Shown: positions 12,481 to 24,338 of the stretch, piece after piece | Position numbering within the stretch: position 1 is the stretch's first letter | Layout: the number at the start of each line of letters is the position of its first letter | Assembly (NCBI RefSeq): GCF_001194135.2 | Contig: NC_068993.1 | Coordinates: 53,296,258-53,360,257 of the forward strand | DNA length: 64,000 bases | Direction: 5' to 3' | Origin: Octopus bimaculoides | Taxonomy: Eukaryota | Translations under genes and position numbers: made by a program | Notes under the pieces: generated by a model | Told to the model about the DNA's origin: nothing | The model's input: the letters and a program-made list of their open reading frames with translations, nothing else | The model's database searches: none

Positions 12481-14249
12481 TGCTGCGTAGTGAAGAAAAC
12501 GTCCTATACAGTAATGAAAGAGAATGAACGCAGTCTGGACATGTCGACAGTAGTTCTACAGTGCAATTTTTGTAGTTCATAAGCATAGCAAGTAAGACAT
12601 AGAAGAACTTTGATAAGTGTGTATTCATCGTTGTGAAGGATGCCGGTTGATGGAGGGATGCCCTTGTTTGATTATGAGACAGTTCGGAAATAAAAACGAG
12701 GTTAGTCAAAGAGTTACTAGATCGTTGTAATCATGCTGACAGCGAAACCATAGCAAACGCACACAGTCAGCGCACACTCATATTCACATTCCACACTAGG
12801 CTCGGGAATATTACAGAGAACTTCGTAGACGTGTGCACTGTGGAAAACCACAGAGGAAAGATAGCCCGGCAATGCCGACTTCCAGCCCATATCGTTGAAA
12901 ATGATGTTGCAGATGAATTCCACTAACAAGCAAATGGAAACGTCGAGTTGGTGGAGATGTCGAATTAAAGATAGTGAGCTGCACCCTGAAAAGAGAGTTT
13001 TGAAAGAGTGAAGCAGTTCTACCACAGAAAGCAAGCTCGATGATAATCAACCAAGCACGAATTCTGGGTAATCTTTGTCATGTTCTCACGCTTGGTTTGC
13101 AGACATTGGTGGACAACTTTCTAGTGAATCAAGGAGCCGAAAATATAGGCATTGTCCCGCAGGTAGACCAGAATAAATTTAACGTTGCGTACGGTGTCAT
13201 ATAATTGGCTTATTATTTCTGATTTGAACGCAAGTCCAAGAAGCGACACTGGTGAAATAGCGTCGTTTCATTTTTTCTATTTTACAAGAAGGCAAAAAGC
13301 ATCGCCAGGTAAATACTCAATAAGGTGTATGGATGTAGAACCAGTCACACTGCTATTGACAAAAATATTAGCTAAATAATTCTAAGGGAAATAACTTTAG
13401 GAGCTTAGTGAAAATTCATGGGAGTTCTTTCCCTTTGAACGTCGTTTTTTTTTTTTCTATTTAACATTATAATAAATATTGTTGAAATGACTATAAGCTG
13501 ATAATGATTAAAGCTGAGTGATTAAGACGTTCTTTTTGTAATCATGAAGTACGGCATTCAATCCCAAAGCGTAGCATCTTGTTCAAATGTCTGTAGAAGA
13601 TTTATCCATTGTACGATAATTTGGCAGACAACATTTGTTTTCTAATGAAACACTTTCAAACTCGGGATACTGGTAGAATGGTGTCCGCCAAATCAGAAAG
13701 ATCCGATAATTTAGTATTAAAGTTTAGTCGATCCGGAATGTGTATGGTGAAAGCAAAAAAGAAATCTGTAATTTAATCAAACTCGCTCATTTCCCAAATT
13801 ACATGGTTGTGGCTTTCTCAAGCACAATTATTCTTTTTCACAATGTTTTGTATTAAACAACAATATTCTGATATCATTACACAGATGCAGTTTCGATTCT
13901 TATTCTACACACACACGATTGTTTTGGTATTCCCGGTTTACATCTGAAAATAGTAAACTGGCAAAGATTTGTTTTAAGTCGGTAATAATGTGTGTAAATA
14001 ATAGAATTATGTGATTGTATAGAAATGAAAGCATAACATTCAAATAGATATTTCCTTGTCCTGACTCTTCTGGATAGCATAATGTCTTTTTTTTTGGTCA
14101 AATGTTACATTTCATATAAAGTAAATTACGTTTTTTTTTTGTTGCTGTTGTTTTTTTTACCTTGTAGGAGAACGACTGTGCGAACCAAAGGAGATGGCGA
14201 CGAACGGGAAGAAGCTCCTTTTAACGTGTCACAAGGTCGACTCAAAACA

Positions 14250-15290
14250 TGTAATATAACATAAGCAGGCTCGCCTGTGAGATGCGAGCAAGTGCCAGCA
14301 AGGGAGAGAGATGAAAGACAACCGTTAGATATATATAAAGAGTAAGTTTTATTAGGGTAGTCAACATATAGTATTTCATCATACTGTAGCGTGCGCCTTA
14401 AGTTATATATACATAAATACGAACGAAGTAGATAACAGTTAGCCTTCAGCCACACCTTTGGACCCTGTTATGTCCACTACTCTGATTGGTTGGCATTGGT
14501 GCAATTTATCTCCTGCTCTGTTGTGCACCAAAGTGCAACCCAACCAATCGCAGCCTTCTGATAAGGTCACGCGAGACAGTCTTTTCTAAACTTCCGGTGA
14601 GCCGACTGCATCGTATAAAATGCTAGCTTCACACTGTTTCCAGGTCTTCTGAGCTCTAGCCACTGACCATACAGCCAGTTCAAGCGACGACACAACAGCA
14701 ATCTCTTTCTTCGTCGCCGACATCCTCTTAACGTCAATATCGTGTCTCTACGTACACACCAACCAGCAACGCTCGCACAGGTTCTATCTCCACACTGTTT
14801 GTGAATTACTTCACCATTGTTAACAGCAAATACAACCTACAAGAACTTCTGTAACAACTGACTCTGCATCGTAGCCACAGCTTCTTATACGACAGTACCT
14901 CAACTGGCTCTGCATTGCAGTCATAACTTCTTGATACAGCATTTCAACTATCGTGTACCTTGACTACGAACTGGTATTTATCATTCTTGTGTCTGAACAT
15001 TCTTCTAACATCATATTATAGACTCTTTCTATGCCCTGTACTTATCACACACGCATACATCTATGTTTGTACACACACACTTTGTATACATGACAGTCTG
15101 TCTATTATGTTTATATGACGCACACAGTCACACATGTTAACCTATAAATAAAATCTTCTCTTAAACCTTCTACCCCGGTTGTGTCTCTCTTTTCCTTCTG
15201 GCACTTATACTCATTTAATCCTTCCTCATATTTTATTTGTATCGATTGTGTGATGTACTAGAGGAGCCATTCTCATCACCTCTCCTTCCG
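14250..15290 (+). mobile_element. LTR-like non-coding segment (solo LTR candidate)
   Basis: Starts TGTAAT. CCAAT 14544-14548, TATAAAA 14614-14620, AATAAA 15147-15152 in U3-R-U5 order. No TSD or CA terminus found. Confidence 0.35.
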
Positions 15291-15291
15291 C

Positions 15292-15979
15292 GGTCCAGAT
15301 GGAGTATATGTAATCTGAACTTTTCCCCCCTTTTTTTAATTTTTTTTTTTTTTACGGAATCCCATGTTTTAGGCTATGGAGATTCCGATTCTAAAAAAAT
15401 TTTTCCAAAATCTCAAATTCAAAATTTCGCCCCCCCCCCCACATTTCCTCATTTAAAAATATTTTCCGGAATTTTTTTTCCTTTTTTTTTAGAAATGTGT
15501 AAAAAAATACGGAGATTATGATTCTAAAAAAAACTGTTTGAAAAATTCCCCCCCCNNNNNNNNNNNNNNNNNNNNNNNNNNNAGGCAATTTACATGCTAG
15601 AAATAACAGCCAAATCTTACAAAGGGCAAAGACCTTTATGGAAAAGTCAAAGTTGTCCTTACAGAAAATATTTCACATTGTCTTCCATTTCGTGTTCAAG
15701 GCGCCGATATCTACTGTGGCTTTATACACTGGAGTAGATAATAAAACTGCAACCCAGTGGTATGAGTTTTGTCGAGAAGTGTGCTCGGGGAAGATGTTTC
15801 GAGACAAAGCTCTGCTTGGTGGTCCAGGTCATGAGGTGGAAATAGATGAGAGCTTGCTCTTTAAAAGGAAGAGCCACGTAGGGAGAATAGGCCATCAAAC
15901 GTGGGTTGTCGGGTGCTATGACACCACAGTGAAAGAAGGGGTCTTTCAACCTTTTTTAAACCTAATTTTTGACGCATAA
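15292..15979 (+). mobile_element. Merlin (IS1016/IS1595-like) DNA transposon: left end plus transposase fragment
   Basis: ORF 15638-15979 contains GGPGHEVEIDESLLFKRKSHVGR and WVVG. Terminus GGTCCAGATGG is the inverse of 24144-24154. Confidence 0.85.
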
Positions 15980-16621
15980 AGGGTTCCTTATACATGTTAA
16001 AATATGGTAATTAGTTTCTGGGTTTGAAGAGGAAGTTTAACAGTTAGTTGTTACAGAAGCTCATCAGACAATATGATTCATATCTAATATATTCCACTTC
16101 CTATAATCAAATTAACCGCTTGATTTTCCATCCTGGTTTAAATTTCCTAATCACCAGGAAATCGACACTTTATTAGCAGACATGTCAAAACAAAAAATTT
16201 CTATGAATTCATCATCACCATCTACAACCTGTATATATCATATCAAATATTTCAATCATATTATTGATATCAAAAGAAAATAATGGAGACTAATTAAAAG
16301 GTGTTGATGTGACATGTTTGAAAAAGGTTTTACATCTCTTCAGGTAGACATAATGTAGAAATGTGTTATATAGGCACAGGCATAGCTGGATGGCAAGTAG
16401 TTTGCTTCCCAACCACATGGTTTCAGATTCAGTCCCACTGTGTGGCACATTGGGCAAGTGCCTCCTACAACAGCCTTGCAAATTGATTTGGTAGACAGAA
16501 ACTGAAAGAAACCAGTCAACCAAAGCCTTGAGAGTGGATTTGGTAGAAAGAAGCCTGAAGTATACATATGTGTATGTATACAAGTGTGAATGAGTGTGCG
16601 TGTATGCTTCTTGGCATCAAT

Positions 16622-16950
16622 GGAAGGCACATGGCTTAGTGGTTAGGGGTATGTAGCTCATGATTTTAAGGTTGTCAGTTTGATACCTGGTGATGTGTTG
16701 TGTCCTTGAGCAAGACACTTCATTCCACACTACTCCAATCCACTCAACTGGCAAAAATGAGTAGGACCTGTAATTCAAAGGGACTAGCCTTGTCACTTTC
16801 TGTGTCAAACTGAATCACCCTGGGAACTACATTAAGGGCACATGTCTGGGGAAGGGTCAGTTACTTGTAGGTTAACTCTATGAGCAGGCTGTTCTGTTGA
16901 CTGAATCAACTGGAACCCTGGTTGTCTTAATCGATGGAGTGCCAGTCTTG
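16622..16950 (+). mobile_element. tRNA-derived SINE with central GTGTCCTTGAGCAAGACACTT domain. Related heads at about 7967-8072, 20362-20600, 33800-34050
   Basis: A box TGGCTTAGTGG, degenerate B box, conserved central domain. Confidence 0.75.
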
Positions 16951-17348
16951 GCATCATGTGATAGTTGGAGATGAGTGTCACTGTAATTCATTTCCAAAAC
17001 GTCTGGCCATGAGGAAATACTACCTTGCTTGCAAAACAGGTGAAGGTTGATGACAGGAAGGGCGTCCAGCTGTAGAAAATCTGCCTTGATAAACCCATGT
17101 AAGCATTGAGAAAGAGGATGTTAAAACAATGATGATGATAACATGGTAATATCAAGCAAATAACATGTTATAATGACTAATTAGCAATTAATAAACTACA
17201 GAAGACATTTTAAACTCTTCCAAATCGTTTATTTATCCATAAAATCANNNNNNNNNNNNNNNNNNNNNNNNNNNNNNNNNNNNNNNNNNNNNNNNNNNNN
17301 NNNNNNNNNNNNNNNNNNNNNNNNNNNNNNNNNNNNNNNNNNNNNNNC

Positions 17349-17411
17349 AGAAGACATTTTAAACTCTTCCAAATCGTTTATTTATCCATAAAATCAGCTT
17401 TTGGAGCCCAC
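17349..17411 (-). other. RPS3: RPS3 non-coding terminal (3' UTR) exon
   Basis: Acceptor tcttgtctcttccag|G at 17412/17411. AATAAA on the minus strand at 17377-17382. Donor A|GTCAGT one base after the stop codon. The 3' end is approximate and abuts a gap. Confidence 0.7.
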
Positions 17412-17507
17412 CTGGAAGAGACAAGAAATACACATCAGTCACAATATTGTAATCAATGTCAGAAAATACAAATGATATAAAACTAAAGAAAGAAATCAAG
17501 ACTGACT

Positions 17508-17692
17508 TTATGATGAAACTGGGGGAGCTTCTGCAGGTGGTTTAACTCCTTTATGTTCACTGTATGGGGTCTGTACTATTACTTCTTCTTTTGGTTCAAC
17601 AATACTAACATGATCTGGTAGAGGACGTTTAGGTCCTATCTTGCCATTGGGATCAAATGGTAACATAATCTTCACTTTAATTCCCAACACAC
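17508..17692 (-). CDS. RPS3: 40S ribosomal protein S3, coding exon 5 ([12 protein letters not shown]...PPVSS*)
   Basis: CAG acceptor at 17693-17695. Translation matches the uS3 C-terminus. TAA at 17510-17508. Confidence 0.97.
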
Positions 17693-17814
17693 CTGGTAGC
17701 AGAGGGAGGAAAAAAATATAATATATTAGAATACAGTGTTTATTTATACAATGGTAGAGAGGAGAAACAATGGAATGAAAAGACACATCATCAAAAAGTA
17801 CTTCAACGTAATTA

Positions 17815-18093
<279 letters not shown>

Positions 18094-18161
18094 TCAACAT
18101 CATAACACCACCACCACAATGAAGTATATTTAGACAGAATATAAACACCACTTCTACTCAC

Positions 18162-18256
18162 CTTCTTACTGGTAGCTGACCAATTAATTTGTATCGTAAT
18201 GATTCACATTGAGCTATGGCACACAAACCACGGGTGGCCACTTTTTCAGCATACAG
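18162..18256 (-). CDS. RPS3: RPS3 coding exon 3 ([31 protein letters not shown])
   Basis: 95 nt, ttgcag acceptor and AG|GTGAGT donor. Phases fit both neighbours. Not shown in the ORF track. Confidence 0.97.
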
Positions 18257-19185
18257 CTGCAACAAAAAATAAACTTGGGGTTAGCTTTATTACCACTATT
18301 TCCAGTTTTTCTCATAATACTGCTAGTAAATACCAGAAACCTACTNNNNNNNNNNNNNNNNNNNNNNNNNNNNNNNNNNNNNNNNNNNNNNNNNNNNNNN
18401 NNNNNNNNNNNNNNNNNNNNNNNNNNNNNNNNNNNNNNNNNNNNNNNNNNNNNNNNNNNNNNNNNNNNNNNNNNNNNNNNNNNNNNNNNNNNNNNNNNNN
18501 NNNNNNNNNNNNNNNNNNNNNNNNNNNNNNNNNNNNNNNNNNNNNNNNNNNNNNNNNNNNNNNNNNNNNNNNNNNNNNNNNNNNNNNNNNNNNNNNNNNN
18601 NNNNNNNNNNNNNNNNNNNNNNNNNNNNNNNNNNNNNNNNNNNNNNNNNNNNNNNNNNNNNNNNNNNNNNNNNNNNNNNNNNNNNNNNNNNNNNNNNNNN
18701 NNNNNNNNNNNNNNNNNNNNNNNNNNNNNNNNNNNNNNNNNNNNNNNNNNNNNNNNNNNNNNNNNNNNNNNNNNNNNNNNNNNNNNNNNNNNNNNNNNNN
18801 NNNNNNNNNNNNNNNNNNNNNNNNNNNNNNNNNNNNNNNNNNNNNNNNNNNNNNNNNNNNNNNNNNNNNNNNNNNNNNNNNNNNNNNNNNNNNNNNNNNN
18901 NNNNNNNNNNNNNNNNNNNNNNNNNNNNNNNNNNNNNNNNNNNNNNNNNNNNNNNNNNNNNNNNNNNNNNNNNNNNNNNNNNNNNNNNNNNNNNNNNNNN
19001 NNNNNNNNNNNNNNNNNNNCATACAGATTGGTCTGCTTACACCCACACCTCATTATCGTTTAATTTATCATAGAAGAAAGCCACAATATTTACAAGACTA
19101 TCACGAATAGACAAAACCCACATCCTTTCACAATAAATTACTGATGTCCACGTTCAATGATAAAAACAAAAACAGAAAAACTTAC

Positions 19186-19410
19186 CTCAACTGAACCTTC
19201 TGGGAAACGAAACCGTTTCTGTACAACAGATGTCAATTCTCTGATCCGTCGTCCTTTCTCTCCAAGAACATTCTGGGTTCTGGTGGCCAAAATAATGATC
19301 TCGGTTCTGGTGGGAGTTACACGGACTTCAACACCACTGTAGCCATCTTCTGACAATTCCTTCATGAGGAAATTGTTCAGTTCGGCACGGAACACACCAT
19401 CAGCCACAAA
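19186..19410 (-). CDS. RPS3: RPS3 coding exon 2 ([19 protein letters not shown]...EGSVE; KH domain)
   Basis: 225 nt, ttttcag acceptor and GAG|GTAAGT donor. Confidence 0.98.
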
Positions 19411-19735
19411 CTGAAAATCAAAAAAACAAAATGTGAATTAGTGACAAATACTACATATAACACCCCATTATTAATAAATTACACATCATACTTTCACAAA
19501 CACAAGTCTTATACACAAAGACAAAGGATTTAGACAGAGAAACCATATTGTTTTGAGTGTATGTAGAGACAAAGAGCACAAATTATTGTAAAATTGTAGA
19601 TCAGGAGTCATACTGCTAAGCAACACTAAAACCTAAAAAAATATAAAAAATATCAAGTGATATATATATAGATATGTAAGGAGAATGAGGAGAGAGAATT
19701 TGAACATTCAAACTTTGTTTATTCATAATAATAGT

Positions 19736-19812
19736 CCGACACGTGTTCCAATCACACCAACTGCATATTCACATGCACCGATTTATGCACTATTAGTATG
19801 ATCTCTTCAGGG
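19736..19812 (-). ncRNA. Degenerate type I hammerhead motif in RPS3 intron 1 (sense), A13G
   Basis: Minus strand: CC-CTGAAGA, stem II GATCATACTAA/TTGGTGTGATT (11 bp with wobbles), GGAA instead of GAAA, perfect palindrome ACACGTGT, GUC triplet, GG. Confidence 0.65.
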
Positions 19813-19868
19813 TAGAGAAATTCGGCATCTGCCTGCATATTATATCCCTCTTCCTACTTACATATATA

Positions 19869-20321
19869 CAGGGTGGGACAGAGAGGACGGATGTTTTTGA
19901 AATGGCTATTACTCAGCCCCAGGGAGAGGGACATATGTCCGACAGGTACCATTCGGTCCATGGTGTCTTAACATTTCCAGGTTTTCTGACATACCTTGGC
20001 CCGCTCGGTCCTGATTTGTCCATGCTTGTGAAGCCTCCTCAAGGCACATGTGTATGCACATAAGCCCCATACACTGGATGATTTGAAGGAAGCTATTCAC
20101 ATGGAAGTTGCCCAAATCGACAGAGCAATGCTGGAGAGAGTGGAGACCAACTTCCAAGAACGCCTTCAGAAATGCACCAATGAAAACGGACACCACATGA
20201 TGGATGTTGTTTTCCACTCTTGATTTTGACAAACGCTAATTCAATACAAACACATTGATGTCAATAGAATTTGTTTGTAGCTAAAATTGATGAGTTTGTG
20301 AATTTTTCAAAAACATCCATC

Positions 20322-20328
<7 letters not shown>
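19869..20328 (+). mobile_element. Internally deleted Tc1/mariner element in RPS3 intron 1
   Basis: TA flanks. Inverted termini CAGAGAGGAYGGATGTTTTTGAAA. Remnant WPAR..D...KAHVYAHKPHTLDDLKEAI...FQERLQKC. Confidence 0.85.
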
Positions 20329-20355
<27 letters not shown>

Positions 20356-20989
20356 GTGTGTGGAGGCACATGGCTTAGTGGTTAGGGTGTTGAACACATG
20401 ATTGTAAGATTGTAGTTTCGATTCCCTAACTGGGTGATGCATTGTGTTCTTGAGCAAAATACCTCATTTCACATTGCTTCAGTCCACTCAGCTTGCAAAA
20501 ATGAATAATTTTGTGACAGACTGGTGTCCCATCCAGGAGGGAATATATATATATATATATATACACAACAGAACCCATGAAACTGGCCTTATGAGCCTGT
20601 GGGTTAGGAAAAACCTTTGATATTTTTTTTTAATGTATATGCAAGTGTGTGTCAGATCTGTCTCATAAAGCTGGTAAATGAATGTACTGTAAGCCCACTT
20701 TTTTCCCCACAAAGTTTACCCCTCGTCTTCTAGCATAAAGTTGGCTTTGCAAACTGACATTGCAACCTCAACAGTGTTGGTGGCACAAAAAAAAAAAACA
20801 CCAAGTTTATACTGTAAAACGGTTGGCTCTAGAAAGGGCAACCAGCTGTAGAAACCATGCTAAAGCAAGCAATGGAGCATAATGCAGTCCTTGGGCCCAT
20901 CAGATCCTGTCAAACCTTCCAACCTATGCTGACTTTCTTACAATAATGAGAACCAAATAAATGTGTCATCTTTATTTGTATATTTAAAA

Positions 20990-21200
20990 TCTTGGCGGAG
21001 ATTTGCAGTAGCCATCCCAACTTCATGGGGTAGGAAAAGGGCACTAACCATACTTCATTGGGGTATGTTGCCTCATCAACAGGTATTCACGCTAACCATG
21101 TTGAATGTTTTGGAGGAATTACAAACGGAGCTTTCAGAGGTGTTGGGAAAAGATACAAAGTGTAAAACCATTGCAAACGAATGAATTTAACGTATTTGTC
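20990..21200 (+). mobile_element. Merlin-like transposase C-terminal remnant
   Basis: Frameshifted NHTSLGYVASSTGIHANHVECFWRNYKR resembles the ISXO2-type NH..FV...G.HTN.IE..W motif. Confidence 0.55.
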
Positions 21201-21204
21201 AACT

Positions 21205-21520
21205 GTTTACATGGGATGAAGTATTTGAAGAACGACCTCAAGAAGCAGAACTTCTCAGACGAGATGTCGAAGGACCGAGATACCTGGTGCCTTGCTGTAC
21301 TCAAGAAGACCCTCTCTCAGCAGCAGAAGTGTTAAAACCGGCCCCTCTGGTGACGGTACCACGTAAAAAGTACCCGTCACTCTGTAAAGTGGTTGGCGTT
21401 AGGAAGAGCATCCAGCCGTAGGAGCCAAGTCAAATCAGACTGGAGTCTGGAGCAGCTTCCCAACTCTGGTCAAGCTGTCCAACCCATGCCATCAAGGACA
21501 AGGGACGTTAAATGACGATA
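21205..21520 (+). mobile_element. RTE LINE 3' end with (GAT)-type tail
   Basis: WDEV..KNDL...EMSKDRDTWCLAVLKK followed by the abundant tail ending ACGTTAAATGACGAT. Confidence 0.7.
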
Positions 21521-22558
21521 CTGATACTACACTACACAAGAAACGACATGCTGTTTGATACTTTTTCTAGAAATTACAAAAAGAAAAGGTGAGCGCGAAA
21601 TGTCAATTGTCTCGCTACAAGGTCGCACTACCTGGAATAAAAAAAGCGGTACATTTTTACTAACTCCCTATCAAGCAGCACTTCTGTCTTGAAAAGAACA
21701 GGTTGGACACTGCAATTCTAGCTCTATAAAAAGTCAGGTCAGTCACGATTGGGACGCCTTTGATTATAGCTCTGATTGATCAGGAATGAACTGGGGCCAA
21801 AAACCATCACGTATAGAATGGTACACTTCCATTTTCAAATTGTGGCTTCTTCATAGTGTGAGAAATATTAAAACATTTCAGTTTCACTGCAGTCTAGAGG
21901 GAACTAATTATAAAAACATGTTGATATGGGCCGTCAATAATCTACTATAGCCTCGGGCCGACCAAAGCCTTGTGAGTGGATTTGGTAGACGGAAACCGAA
22001 AGAAGCCTGTCGTATATATGTATATATATATGTATGTATGTGTGCTTGTGTCTGTGTTTGTCCAACCAACATCGCTTGACAACCGATGCTAGTGTGTTTA
22101 CGTCCCCGTATCTTAGCGGTTCGGCAAAAAGAGACCGATAGAATAAGTACTAAGCTTACAAAGAATAAGTCCTGGGGTCGATTTTCTCGACTAAAGGCGG
22201 TGCTCCAGCATGGCCACAGTCAAATGACTGAAACAAGTAAAAGAGAATCGGCGACTCAAAAACATTAATAGTGCAAGTATTTAAACAAAAGTAGTTTCAT
22301 AATTAGAATAGATTAGTTTGAGTAATATTGGAGTTAATTGAAGGTAAATGGTAAAAAAAAAAGATATTTCAAAGAGGAAAGTTGGAGAAATATTTCATTG
22401 CCATGTGAAATTATCAATCGCGAGGAAATCTGTAAACATCGCAACAACGATAGGATGAAAGGAATATTAAAATTATCAGCCATAATCTACGATCTCTCAA
22501 ACATAAAATAAAATAACTTTGATAAAAATAAAACATGTTTAATTATAAATCCACATAC

Positions 22559-22591
22559 TTTTCTCTTTTTAGATATCTGTTTTACGTTCAT
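22559..22591 (-). CDS. RPS3: RPS3 coding exon 1 (MNVKQISKKRK)
   Basis: ATG at 22591-22589 and AAA|GTATGT donor. ISKKRK matches the uS3 N-terminus. Joined CDS is 726 nt (241 aa plus stop). Confidence 0.95.
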
Positions 22592-22881
22592 CTCCGCTAC
22601 GTAAAGTTTAAGAGAAACCACCGCATTCAGTTAGTGCGAGACAAAATATTATTCTGGTTACTAATCACATTATTAATTCTTTTAAAAATTGTTTAATCTT
22701 AATTATAAATTTAGAAAATTTATGATGCATTTACAAAGAAAAATCAAATATTTTTATAATTAAAAAAAAATTGCCCGGTAAGATTGTAATGTAGTTCCGG
22801 TTGATGTCAAAGGTCATAGGTTAAATATTGTTTGAATGACATGTAGCGAGATATTTTCATTTCAACATTTGAGAAATAGAA
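22592..22881. promoter_or_regulatory. Shared divergent promoter region of RPS3 and the cathepsin O-like gene
   Basis: 290 bp between the two ATGs. Pyrimidine run TTTCTCTT (minus, 22617-22610) about 20 nt before the RPS3 ATG resembles a TCT/5'TOP initiator. TTCCGG ETS-like core at 22795-22800 and AAGGTCA at 22810-22816. Confidence 0.65.
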
Positions 22882-23070
22882 ATGTCGTCTCTTATCCCAC
22901 CGACAATTTTATCGTTTTTATTGTGTGTTGCGGCAATTTACTGTACTGCCAAGAATGTCTTACCATCAGAAGAGGATTATTATTTTCTATTTAAAACATT
23001 TGTCAAGAAATACAACAGATCTTATATAAACGACACAGCGGAGTTCAATCATCGGTTTATTATATTCAAG
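22882..23070 (+). CDS. CTSO: Cathepsin O-like C1A protease, exon 1 (signal peptide and start of I29 propeptide)
   Basis: Hydrophobic N-terminus MSSLIPPTILSFLLCVAAIYCTA, FKTFVKKYNRSY propeptide motif, AAG|GTAAGA donor. Confidence 0.9.
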
Positions 23071-23190
23071 GTAAGAAAGCTGGTGTGAGAAATGAAATTA
23101 CTTCCTACTAGTTATTCGATTGAGAATAGTTCAATGAGTGTCTGCTGAAAATCTCACTGATGAGAATAATTGGATGGTGCAGTAATAAGG

Positions 23191-24154
23191 TATTTTCCGG
23201 AATTTTTTCTTTTTTTTTTTTAGAAATGCGTAAAAAAATACGGAGATTATGATTCTGAAAAAAAATTGTTTGAAAAATTTCAAGTCCCCCCCCCCCAAGC
23301 AGGCTATTTACATGCTAGAAATAACAGCCAAATCTCACAAAACTGCGATAACATAAAGCAAGAAATGTGTAATCAATCTACTCACCTTTCTGCAGAGATT
23401 TCTTTCAGAGTAATTTCNNNNNNNNNNNNNNNNNNNNNNNNNNNNNNNNNNNNNNNNNNNNNNNNNNNNNNNNNNNNNNNNNNNNNNNNNNNNNNNNNNN
23501 NNNNNNNNNNNNNNNNNNNNNNNNNNNNNNNNNNNNNNNNNNNNNNNNNNNNNNNNNNNNNNNNNNNNNNNNNNNNNNNNNNNNNNNNNNNNNNNNNNNN
23601 NNNNNNNNNNNNNNNNNNNNNNNNNNNNNNNNNNNNNNNNNNNNNNNNNNNNNNNNNNNNNNNNNNNNNNNNNNNNNNNNNNNNNNNNNNNNNNNNNNNN
23701 NNNNNNNNNNNNNNNNNNNNNNNNNNNNNNNNNNNNNNNNNNNNNNNNNNNNNNNNNNNNNNNNNNNNNNNNNNNNNNNNNNNNNNNNNNNNNNNNNNNN
23801 NNNNNNNNNNNNNNNNNNNNNNNNNNNNNNNNNNNNNNNNNNNNNNNNNNNNNNNNNNNNNNNNNNNNNNNNNNNNNNNNNNNNNNNNNNNNNNNNNNNN
23901 NNNNNNNNNNNNNNNNNNNNNNNNNNNNNNNNNNNNNNNNNNNNNNNNNNNNNNNNNNNNNNNNNNNNNNNNNNNNNNNNNNNNNNNNNNNAAATATTTT
24001 CAAATAAGGAGAGGGGGGGTGTCGAAATTTTGAATTTGAGATTTTTGAAAATTTTTTTTCAGAATCGGAATCTCCATAGCCTAAAACGTGGGATTCCGTA
24101 AAAAAAAAAAAATAAGGGGGGACAGGTTCAGATTACATATAGTCCATCTGGACC
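23191..24154. mobile_element. Non-autonomous Merlin derivative in cathepsin intron 1 (gapped)
   Basis: 23191-23336 matches about 15462-15625. 23991-24154 is the reverse complement of 15292-15460. Confidence 0.8.
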
Positions 24155-24157
24155 TGT

Positions 24158-24338
24158 CGTGTTGGTGGCACGTAAAAAGCACCCACTACACTCTTGGAGT
24201 GGTTGGCATTAGGAAGGGCATCCAGCTGTAGAAACTCTGCCAGATCAGATTGGAGTCTGGTGTAGCCATCTGGTTCGCCAGTCCCCAGTCAAATCGTCCA
24301 ACCCATGCTAGCATGGAAAGCGAATGTTAAATGATGAT
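24158..24338 (+). mobile_element. Representative copy of the abundant RTE-tail repeat. Other approximate copies: 7577-7868, 16950-17140, 20770-20935, 25423-25680, 28835-29330(-), 33053-33410(-), 38968-39205, 41232-41480(-), 43595-43750
   Basis: Shared core GGTTGGCRTTAGGAAGGGCATCCAGCTGTAGAAAC...CCATGCYAGCATGGAAA..GACGTTAAA(YGA)n. Confidence 0.85.

Noticed and set aside
17199-17396. 49-bp direct duplication including the RPS3 polyA signal
   Set aside because: The copies sit on either side of a 100-N gap, typical of an unmerged contig overlap.
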